From Harriotta raleighana (Eukaryota), in contig JBNZDD010013701.1 in assembly GCA_050575255.1 (NCBI GenBank), forward strand, positions 6,364,084 to 6,428,083: a stretch of 64,000 nucleotides of DNA, written 5' to 3'. The notes beneath the pieces are model-generated. The model did not search any database. It was not told where the DNA came from and saw only the letters and a program-made list of their open reading frames with translations. Made by a program: the position numbers and the translations under genes. Of this stretch, positions 24,744 through 35,330 are shown piece after piece. Each line of letters starts with the position of its first letter. Positions within the stretch are counted from its first letter, which is position 1.

Positions 24744-25395
24744 TTGAATTCACATAACTTTGTTTTCCATTATGTTTTTCTGTTTAGTCTGGCCTTAAAA
24801 ACGTGCTTAATTTTCTTTTAACGCAAAATAGATATTTTTAAATCTATTATTTAGTTTCTAATGCCCTGTCACTTGGTGGTATAGTTCAGTATCTTCAAGG
24901 CCCAGCCATTAATTTGTCACCCCTCACAACCTCTCAATCATACACTTTCAACTTTTCTTGTCTGTTTAACTGAAGAACATTAGAGCTCATCCAGGACTTG
25001 ACATCAGAACCATGACTCCTGCATCAGGCTCTACATGCTAATCACTGCTGAGCTTGCTCGATTCAATTTGCTTGGCTTCCCATCCCATTGGCTTCACCGT
25101 CAAATCCATTCATGGCCTCCTTCAACTCTACTACTCCTGGCCTGCTTAATGTAGTGGTCAGGGCTTCCAGCCATTCTGCCCTTACTCTCTGGAACTCCAT
25201 CAGAGTTCTTCTCTCCCTGTCCCTTCTAAATCTCAACATTGAAAGTTTGGAGCTTGGGAATAGAAACAAGTTCAAAAGAGTAATGATCTTACTCATTGAC
25301 ATACCAGCTATCAACAAGTAAAAAACATCACCATGCTTCTAAGTATCCAAATCAAACGTAGAGCTTCCTATTTGGATAGATTGTTTGGTCTAGGG

Positions 25396-25597
25396 AAGTG
25401 GCTTCCAAACTTTAAATAGCGTCGACCCCCCCGGTAACTCAGCAAAGTTTTCATTGCGCCCCCCCCTCACACTAGGCTCCACATACTCGGGTCCTCGGCT
25501 CCAACTCACTCAAGGGTTCAAGACTAAAGCTCTGCGTCCCCCCAGGCAATGGTACGCGCCCCCAAAGCGAGGCGTGCCCCACAGTTGGAAACCAGTG
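25396..25597. mobile_element. hAT (Charlie/MER5-like) MITE 1
   Basis: termini aagtggcttccaaac / gttggaaaccagtg; flanks gtctaggg and gtctagag. Confidence 0.7.
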
Positions 25598-25605
25598 GTC
25601 TAGAG

Positions 25606-25910
25606 CAGCGGTTCTTAACCAGGGGCACATGTACTCCCGGGGGAACAAAATTACTTCCACGGGGTACAGGTGGCTGTACATTGATTTATTTAGTTCACTT
25701 ATTTAGTGTTTTATAACCCTCCAAATTGTACATTTAATTGTTCTTCCCCTCGTTTTGTATATACTAGTTATTTTGTTTTATAAAAAAAGCTTGGTCATCA
25801 AATGTAAGTGGAATGGGGGGGTGCTGTGTGTGTATGTGGTTGGGTGGGGGTACACACTAATGTTGAAAATTAACAAGGGGTACATTACTGAAAAAGGTTG
25901 AGAACCACTG
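25606..25910. mobile_element. hAT (Charlie/MER5-like) MITE 2
   Basis: TIRs cagcggttcttaacc / ggttgagaaccactg; 8-bp TSD gtctagag / gtctaggg. Confidence 0.8.
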
Positions 25911-25999
25911 GTCTAGGGTATGCACTCTCCCAGGGGGATACACTGCTGGAGAATTTAGGTACAGGTTGGTAAGAGATACTGAGGCTTTAGTACCTCAGA

Positions 26000-26330
26000 G
26001 TGCATTCCCTATCAACCTGCCCCCACCCCCTCTGTTCAGCAGGTTCTGATCTGCCCCGCCCGACCAGCCCTATCATCAATGGATGGGCTTTCAGCCGCTT
26101 GCCCCCACACTCTGGAACTCCATTTCAATCCCTTCGCTTTGCTTCCTCCCTTGTCTCCTTCCAGACCAGTCTCGAGACCCTCCTCTTCGATTGTGCCTTC
26201 TGCTACCCTCCCAACTCTCCCTCCTTACCCCGCCCCACAGCCTTGTTTGGATCCTGACCCGATTGTTCAGTGCCTTGGGACATCCTCCTGACATGAAAGG
26301 TTCGCTAGAAATGTAATTTTGTTGTTGCAT
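26000..26330 (+). mobile_element. L2 LINE 3' fragment
   Basis: gggctttcagccgc...ctctggaactcc...cagtgccttgggacatcctcctgacatgaaagg tail. Confidence 0.7.
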
Positions 26331-27135
26331 TGGGGAATTCTGCTGGAAATTACCAACTAAACCATTACAAATGTAGGGAAACTTCTTGCTGCTAATCCGG
26401 TTACTGCTTGGGCTTGAAGGGTCATGTGGAGTGTATTTACTAATTGCCAAATACTGAACAAGATGGGGAAGGAGCTGGGGAGTTTGGTGAACAGGGCATT
26501 AGAATAGTTATAAATGGAGATAATGGTGTGTATGAGAAGCTCTGTAGCAAAGGGAGAATGGTTGTGGTAGAGATGTTGCAGAGGTGAAGGAAAGCAGAGT
26601 GAGATGTAAGGTTTGCAAGTGGTGAAAAACGGCTGGTTTCACATTGGCTGTGAGGAAGATGCTAAAGTATCAATTGTTGCTGTTATTGCAGAATTGTTAT
26701 TGAAGTTCTGCAGATTCCTGCACAAAATAGTTTGCTAAAATACATAGTGATTTATTTCAGGTCTTGTTAAAGATTATAATGGAGGAATTGAAGAATTTTG
26801 CAGCTGAGAAGGTGCTTCAGTTATCGTGTAGTTAACCTCACAGTCAATAAAGGGCTGGTAGGTGATTCCGCAGTGTATAGCCAGATCATTTTGAACCTCA
26901 TATGTGTGGAAAGGTTTAGGTTGGACAGGTCTTCCGTTAGATGGAATCAAGATTTGAATGATAGAATTATTATTTTAGATGGAAAAGGTAGTGATAAATC
27001 TGCCTGACCATTGATCAACAATTTGCACAATAGTTTCTCACTTGAGCCCAGGTTCGGGAACTCCCGGCATTTCCTTTAATGGAATTGATCTTAAATTTCA
27101 TGTTCAGATGTGCTACTGGCAATAACTCTATAAAC

Positions 27136-27490
27136 AATAATAATAATCATTGTACTGTATTTGATATAGCACCTTATCACATCTTTGAGATGTCTCAAAG
27201 CAGAATTAATAATATTAATCCTAGCATTTGACATAGCGCTTTTCACTTCTAGACGCCTCAAAGCGCTTCACAGAATACACTGTAAATTGCACTGACTGTG
27301 TATATGTGGGCGAAATGTGGCAGCCTATTGCACACAACAGTGTCCCACAAAGTTTGTGGACTGAGTGACCAATTTTTTAAAAAAAATTACCTCTGGAAAA
27401 GCGATCCATTGAAACCAACAACCAGGTTCCTACTTACTGCTGGGTAAAGGCATGTGGAACAAGGAAATTTACTCAATGTTTCGCTTGTAT
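27136..27490 (-). mobile_element. SINE (long-body variant) with an adjacent second tail fragment
   Basis: two tandem tails, then core and ccaggttcctacttactgct insert. Confidence 0.7.
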
Positions 27491-28059
27491 GAGAACAATG
27501 AATGATTGATTTTCTTCACAAATAAAATTGTTTATGTAAACAAATAAGAGTCACTGGAATGAGCAAACTATGAATGAAAATTCATAGTTACATTTTGAGA
27601 GGCCAAGAATAGGATTTCTGTGATTATGGAATGGAATTAGTGAGCTGGAGTTAAGGTGTGGAGAGATGTGAAAGTTGCATTTTATAATAATGCTTGCAAA
27701 ATTGGTATTTTGACTTTCATGTTGGGAGGATGTCCCAAAGCGCTTCCTAGGATTTACTATGGAGTGACTATTTGTAAGCGATGGTGGCAGTTGAATGATG
27801 CATGGCAATGTCCCCAAAACAGGGAGTGAGTGACCCAATTTTATTTGGGGCACTGTTTACCAGGACACAGAGGGAAATTAACTTCTCTTTTCAAGAGAAT
27901 GCCTTAGGATATGTGCACCTGCACAGACGGATGAGACTTCAGTTTAATTGTACCTCCAACAATGAAATATATCAATCTAGACTGCAAGCAAGTTTGGAAG
28001 CAAGAATGCTATCACCGAGCCAGACTGACTCACAATACCTTATCACAGAAAAATGTCAA

Positions 28060-28320
28060 ATAATAATCCCTGCATTTGACGTCTGCATCTAGACGTCTCA
28101 AAGCACTTCACAGATTATACTGTAAAGTGATTTGACTGTATATTTGTGGGAGAAATGCAGCAGCCAATTGCACACAACAGTGTCCCACAAACAGTCATGG
28201 ATTGAGTGACCAAATTCTTATTGAGGGATTATTATCAGGCCTGTGGTGTAAGGAAAATTGCCCAAGGTTTTGCCATGCTTGGAATCGAACCCAGGTTTCT
28301 CACTTGTGTTCTATCCATTG
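28060..28320 (-). mobile_element. tRNA-derived SINE
   Basis: tail, core and B box ggaatcgaaccc. Confidence 0.8.
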
Positions 28321-29627
28321 GTCAAAGTAACTATTACTTCATGTAATTAGTCCAGAAATGGACAATTTTCAGATAATTAAAGCAATATTAAACATAGTAA
28401 GACCTCCAATATATGGTACTGTATTAACAAAAAGTTTGCGAGTTTGCAAAACATTGAATGGGGTGAAACAAAGTACAGCAGATGAAAACATTTGCTGAAT
28501 CAAAGAAAATAAATGTGAAAGGAGGTGGCTTAGTGTCCAGCAAGTGTACAAATTGCTTTGAAAATGTGGATTGAAACCAGTGTCAGAATGAGGGTGAACA
28601 TAGTTAGGCAGGTACTCAAATATGTGTTGTGGTTGGAGGGAAGTAGATTTTTGAATGGCTTCCAACATTCTTACCAAAGAAAGCTAATCTAAACCACCTT
28701 CACTATCAGTTGTGAGATACGAGATTGATTTGCAGCTTGCCCTGTTAGCAACATTGTTATTGGAGGACATTATTTTAATTATTGAATTAGGAATTGGTTC
28801 TGATTTTAAGTCTCTACACAGCCCATAGTTGTAACAAGGTTGGGATTTTGAGCTAAAATTTGACACTGAAGATTTGAGGCATTTGGGCTTGATGACCAGT
28901 AATGTGCTTTGAAAAAAGGGGGGGAAATAAACATCAACACCCTGAACAATACAGACCAGCTGTCAGCCAGGGGCTAACCAGCAAAGGTGATGCAACATCT
29001 GTAACATTGTGTGATTTGATGAGGTCAACTCACTGACATGATTGAAGGAGGGAGAGGAGAGACCACCAACTAGGTAAGCCTGCTGCAAGATCCCCTAATA
29101 AATCCTATGAATTTCTTTTAAAAAAAAGCATACTTATAGAATTAGCACACCAGAGCTAGGTTAGCTAAGGTCTATGACTGCTTGTAGTAAGGAGCTGGCC
29201 ATTTTATGATCGGTAGAGTTTGTGAATGGCACCATTCAAAATGATTGGTTTAACAGATACTACACTTGCATCTTTCCGAGACACTTATCTCTTTCAAGCA
29301 GCATTCAAGACAGTAAACATCTTAAATTCCATTAATTGTTGTTAGGTATGGCATGATAAAAATACTCAAGGTACTGTATAGCAGGTGCAAATTAATGAAC
29401 CAACACTGAAGTAGCAGATTGGGAGGAAGGTCAAATTAATTCCCCAATAAGGTTTACAGTGATGGGAGTAAAAAGTGAAAGCTAAGGCAGGTGGGTTGTA
29501 TCTTCAGTGAGTCCCAGGGTATACTATCTCTTGATTCAAACTCAGTTGGGAGGTTTTCATTGTCATTTTAGCAGAAAGCGATCAATTATAGTTAAGCATT
29601 TGATGCAAAAAGTTTCAGCCACTGGGA

Positions 29628-29915
29628 TTATAATGTTGCACTTGATATAGTGCTTTTCACATCTTCTAGATGTCTCAAAGCACTTCACAGAATATACTGT
29701 ACTATAAATGACTGTATATTTGTGGGCAAAACACAGCAGCCAATTGTGTACAGCAGTGTCCCACAAACAATCGTGGATTGAACATTGTTTTTTTGAGGGA
29801 TTATCATTAGGCGTGTGGAGTAACGAAATTTGCCCTAGGTTTGACCTTACCTGGAATTGAACCCAGGTCCTTGCTTGTAAGGCGAGTGCTCTAACTACTG
29901 AGATACAGGACTCCA
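29628..29915 (-). mobile_element. full-length tRNA-derived SINE
   Basis: head ggagtcctgtatctcagtagttagagc (minus strand) through to the tail. Confidence 0.85.
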
Positions 29916-30118
29916 CAATACAGGATGAACTAAAACCGATTAAAGATTGCACCAACAATGAGGCTATTGTTCTCTCTAGACTAAAGAAATATGCATCAAA
30001 TTTATTAGTTTCTAGTAATCTCAATAGATGGATACCATCAAACTAGATTTAAAAATAAAAGCAGTAAAGCACAATGAAACATACAAACGTAATATATACA
30101 TCTAAAGCAAGGTAACTT

Positions 30119-30124
30119 TTTATT
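30119..30124 (-). promoter_or_regulatory. candidate distal SLC6A20 polyadenylation signal
   Basis: tttatt (AATAAA on the minus strand) at the end of about 2.4 kb of AT-rich sequence lacking young SINEs, downstream of the stop codon. Confidence 0.4.
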
Positions 30125-32566
30125 AAAATTGGTTGGCTGGACATCATACAGTGATTACTCTGTCACATTTACTGCTGGCGCTTGAAATATTGGCATTTAT
30201 TACATGGAAATGTTAACATTGTGACATTTGCAAGAACGTATACAACATGTAAAAATGAATTAAATGTAAAAGTTCAACTCTTCTACATACATTGTCTAAA
30301 ATGTATCTGTGCATTGTTTGCAAATGGCCCATTTCTATATAACTCTAATTTGTTTCCAGAAATTAGAAGGGTCAATAATTTGAAACATCCTTTTTCCACC
30401 ATATCGATTACCTCCGTGGACATTTTCCCAAATTGAAAGTTAAGATTGTCTCAAATATCCATTGTCTTCCCCACATCAATTTCTACCCTAAGAGAGAAAC
30501 ATCCACTCAGTTTTATCCTTTCAAAATATGTTTGGGAACCCTGCTCTTGAAATCACAGATCAGTTCGAAAGATTTCTTAAATGCAGTGACATTTTTCATT
30601 TAAGTAGTGATGATTTTTCCTGTGGAAATGTATATTTTACACTGACTAGTCTCTCAAAATAGTATAACTGAGATAAATGTGGAGTAATTATTCAGCATTC
30701 AAAGTTAGTATAATACAACTATTAATCGTTAGTCCCATGTAAATAAATAGCAGATAAGACTAAATTCTATGGCAAACATTTTTGGGGAGGAGAAAAAAGA
30801 CAGAACATTAAATTTGCACTCAGTTTCTCCATGTTTATTACTGAGTAACTAGTTTCTAAATGAATTGTAGATTATACACTTTAGATACTGAATTTAGAGC
30901 ATCTGTTATGTCACTGTTGCCATGTATTAAGCAGTGTTCGACTTTCCAACACAATCCTATAACGATTTATACCGAATACATCTTTTAATACTATTCACAC
31001 AATTACAGCATATCAATCCATTATTGCTATTGAGTTACACTATAAAGGTAAATGTAGAACAAAGTTATCAAATAGGCAATTTATGGCCTCCCTGCCACCC
31101 CACAAATAAAATCCCACAGATTGTTGACAAACCCAGTATAACCCTCAACACTATTAGAACATTAAGGTATCTTCAATCATGTTGATCTATTCTCCATTAA
31201 GAATGGATACCATTCAGCCAGACTGTTTTCAAGATGTAATTGATTAAACAGTTTATATTGTGTGTGTAACCACAATTGCAGGATTAAAGAAAATTTCCTT
31301 TTCAAACACACCTACTGCAGTATTTCAGTGGGAGTTGAATGCCTGTAGACAGCACCTCCAAATTACTAATTGCAATTTTTATGGGCATGTGCATCAATCA
31401 GCACAAAGAATTCAAATCTCAATCTCACGCTGGCTGCTCACTCCAAAAATCCTAATACATTGCTGTTTAACAACTGGTAATCAGTGAGCCTGTCTTTTCT
31501 CTCCCCCTCTACATTGAGCAGAACACACTTTAAACAAATTCAAACTCCCCACTGCACCAACTGTGAAACTCTATTTTTACAGTATCCTCTTTTCTTTCAT
31601 TCGATTTACAATCACTTGTCTTAAAAGCGTTTCCACTCAATTGAATCATCTCAATGTGACAATGGGAGTGAATAACTTGTGTGCACATGAATTTCAAATA
31701 TGTACTGTAATTTCTCACCAGAACTAAAATATACCAATATCTTTTCCAAAGGATGTTATGGTTGCTGGTAAGCCTCAGATTTGTTTCCATAGCAACAATA
31801 TTTTTGTGATGTCACCCACAAAACTGAAACTACTTGTCTTTTTACACAAGAGAAATATGATTACATCTGTTTGATAATGATGTCTGAAAAATTACAGGAC
31901 CACTCATACTGAAGACTACAAAGCCAGTTGATATAATAGAACTTGTATTTTTAGTCTCACTCCATATGTAAGCCGTGCGCCAGTTGTATAAGTTTTGCAC
32001 TTTCAGTCTAACAATAGCATATGGGATACTTTGAAAACTGTTTTACTTTGTACAGATATGTAAAGGTTACTAAGAAATGTAAAGAATTCCTTCATAAATA
32101 TCATTACAGATATCAAAAAAATCACTATTTACAATAATTTTAATTCAGCATTCCTCCTCTTAAGCAATAAGTGCAAACCATTGATATCCCACACAGCAAG
32201 CTCCCAATCTTGATCAGCCTGGGGAGGCACTGTACGAAAGGAAAAGGGAAGGCTGAGGATTTCCATCCAGTTTAAGTCTTGTAGCCAGCGAAACGTAGGT
32301 TTGTGACAACTTTCATGGACAGAAACTCCAACAAAAGTACATATTACTAATGATTTAGCCATACTGGTAAACTAAATGTTTAAAAAATAAAAAACAAAAT
32401 GCCACCTATTTTGAACTCCAGGCCCTTCAGTAAAATGTGAATTCAAAAATAAAATCAGAAAATGTGTAGTCTTAAAAATATCTAATTTTTGGTTATTTTC
32501 CACAGAGTCCACAAAAGGAATGCTTCTTTAAAGCATGGTTTCAAAATCACCCTAGGTATTTAATAA

Positions 32567-32701
32567 TTATTTTTTCCCCTGCCACGACTTCTTCATGTAC
32601 ACGGCTAATGCCAAACATGGAATACAAGCCATGGAACCAGCCACCATTAATCCAATCACGACCAATGCGTAGACAGGGTACTCGTCTTTTTCTGTTTTTC
32701 C
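32567..32701 (-). CDS. SLC6A20: SLC6A20 (SIT1/XTRP3 imino-acid transporter) terminal exon 11
   Basis: cag|gga; GKTEKDEYPVYALVVIGLMVAGSMACIPCLALAVYMKKSWQGKK* (TM12), TAA at 32569-32567. Confidence 0.9.
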   Translation of the reverse strand, partial: GKTEKDEYPVYALVVIGLMVAGSMACIPCLALAVYMKKSWQGKK

Positions 32702-33860
32702 CTGTAAAACAAGAGTTACAATGTTGGATTGATGATCTACTTCACTTGCGGTTCAAATGTGAATAGATATAATGCGTGTCACTTTTATTCACCAGATTAC
32801 AGGTTAGCATGCACAATGCTCTCACACTAAATGCGCAATAATCAGAATTTGTAATCACATGAAGCTAAATTACAATTTTACACGGGATTTGAGAATGTTC
32901 ATTTAATATGTATCAACACCCAAAGAAATACATCCAAGTCAAAAAGGACATCTTAGATATAGTTATCGAAGGGAAAGATTTATACCCGTGACCCTCACTC
33001 TTGCTTTCAGTTTGATCCATCCATTGGGTTAATGGACCCAATGTGGTTTAGTTGTAGCCTGAGGTGAGAATAAGGCACCTCAACTCAGGCTTAAAACCAT
33101 AGTTTTTGTGCAATCCAGACTGAAATCCATTGACTAATACTCTAAAGTGAAAGGGAACAGGAATCCAGAGCATCCTTAAAAGATTTTAAATTAAGTTTGT
33201 GCTTACCCTGTAAACTTACCTAAAATCCCATAAAGAACCATCACCTAGAAATGAAGCATACTCTGTCCTCTAAAAGAACCCCTTTTAAAAATAGGTTAAA
33301 AAAACAAAATATAGCTGCAAGAGGCTTAGAGTTCCAACATGAATTATTCATCTTTTTAGCAGTGATGTAAAACTTTAGCTTTAGTGTGTGGGGTGTCTAT
33401 GTCATGATCAGAACACACTAGGCACAGTAGCCACAAGTAGCAGGTTTTACACACAATATGTATGCAGCCAAATTTACTATTAATCAGTTTGATGCATTTA
33501 AATGAGCACAAGAATGCCAGAAGAAAGGAATGGTTTCACTATTCAGTTTGAGATGTTTGTCAACAAATTGTGCAAGTTAATTGCTAAATGTTGTTTTAGT
33601 AAAGATTTGTAGCACTTTCCATTTTATGCATATAGGAAATTCTACAAGTAATTATTTCCACATTTGCTAATGTTAATAAAATTAGTCCTAACTTTACTAC
33701 AGAGCTGTGTGCCCGAGGATCACTTCAGCAATCACAGTGCTTAAGAGCATACAGAGTGTCAGCGCTGCATAACTGAGAGCAGGATTCAGCCACTGCTAGA
33801 AGCTACACTACATCAAACAGACCATACGATCACCCTGGTCTTCAGCATTCAATAACCAGG

Positions 33861-34850
33861 ATGGAGCGGCTCATCAGCAAACCGAATGAAGCCTTTGTGA
33901 CATTAGCAGAAAATGACCTATATGGAAAAGGTTCATTGGTACTCGCCTGCTCACTGAGAAAATACAGAACTACAAGGCAGCTGGTGATTCTCATCACTCC
34001 ACAAGTTTCCAGATCTATGAGGGCTGTGCTAGGAAGAATCTTTGATGAAATTCTATTAGTGGATGTACTGAAAAGTCAAGATTCAAGTAAGTTAATCCTA
34101 AAAAAAAGACCAGAACTCAGTCTCGTGTTGGCAAAATTGCACTGTTGGGATCTTACCCGTTATTCTAAATGTGTATTCATGGCTGCCGACACAATGGTGC
34201 TAATGAACATTGATGACCTTTTTGAAAGGGAGGAATTGTCTGCAGTACCAGATGACATTTGCACTGACTGTTTCAATACAGGGGTGTTTGTTTTTAATCC
34301 TTCCAGAGATACACATAAGGCACTTTTACAGCTTGCCATAAAGGGGAGCTTTGATGATGGGGATCAAGGCTTGTTGAATAGCTTCTTTAGCAATTGGGCA
34401 AAAACAGACATTTCTAAGCACTTGCCCTTCACTTACAACCTAAATTGCACTTCTGTCCATTTTCCAGCTATGAAACAGCAGGAGATGGCTATCAAAGTAA
34501 TTCACTTTCTTGACAAGACCAAACCATGGAACTATTCTTATGACCCCAGTACAAAACTTATGAAAGATCATGATTTATCTGTTGCTCATCCTGAATATAT
34601 ATACATGTGGTGGGATAACTTCACAGCATCAGTCTTGCCAATGCTTAAAGAACATGGCAATGAAGAAGCAACCAGTTCCATAAAAGAGGAAAAAATTACA
34701 GAGGCTTTAACACGGCTCTCCATCATTCCACGTACACTTAATGTCTCCTCAGAGGAACGTCGCCAGAGGTGGGAACAGGGTCAAGTTGATTTCATGGGAG
34801 CAGATTCTTTCCAGAATATCCAGAAGAAACTGGATGCTTACTTGAATTAA
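33861..34850 (+). CDS. GYG1: intronless glycogenin-1-like ORF (retrocopy) with substituted catalytic residues, nested antisense in SLC6A20 intron 10
   Basis: 329-aa uninterrupted ORF: [46 protein letters not shown]...KPW, C-terminal [14 protein letters not shown]; Kozak aggATGG. The symbol denotes the parent family; this is unlikely to be the canonical intron-containing ortholog. Confidence 0.9.
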   Translation: MERLISKPNEAFVTLAENDLYGKGSLVLACSLRKYRTTRQLVILITPQVSRSMRAVLGRIFDEILLVDVLKSQDSSKLILKKRPELSLVLAKLHCWDLTRYSKCVFMAADTMVLMNIDDLFEREELSAVPDDICTDCFNTGVFVFNPSRDTHKALLQLAIKGSFDDGDQGLLNSFFSNWAKTDISKHLPFTYNLNCTSVHFPAMKQQEMAIKVIHFLDKTKPWNYSYDPSTKLMKDHDLSVAHPEYIYMWWDNFTASVLPMLKEHGNEEATSSIKEEKITEALTRLSIIPRTLNVSSEERRQRWEQGQVDFMGADSFQNIQKKLDAYLN

Positions 34851-35324
34851 AGGCACAATTGAAATTTTTAAAACCTGAATTCCAAGTGTGATTATGGAGG
34901 AGCTATTACATTGAAGCTCAGGATATGACTGGCTTGTAATTTGTTTCGTGCTCTTGTTTCAAATGCATATCACATGATATTTGTAGCTTTTTTAATGAAA
35001 ATCTGAGACTTAGATCATCATTTTCAAACTACACTGAAGTGTATTTCCACATAGAGCTTAAAGAAGCTCTGACTTCCTCAATCACTCTCAAACTTATTCA
35101 ACTACTGCAAAACCACGGCACTCAGTTTGATCCCCTGCTGCCATCACTCTCCCAAATTCAGCCACTGATCAAGACTGTTTTTCTTCACTACTGCCAGGAA
35201 CCCATCATCGGATTAGACAACAATTTCAGTATTTTTACAGCTGTTAAAGTTAAGTGTCATTGCAGGTGTAAATAATGTTAATCCTTCAGTATGTGGAAAC
35301 CTTGTACTTTTCACCCCAGATAAA

Positions 35325-35330
35325 AATAAA
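35325..35330 (+). promoter_or_regulatory. candidate polyadenylation signal of the glycogenin-like gene
   Basis: AATAAA about 475 nt after the TAA. Confidence 0.4.
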
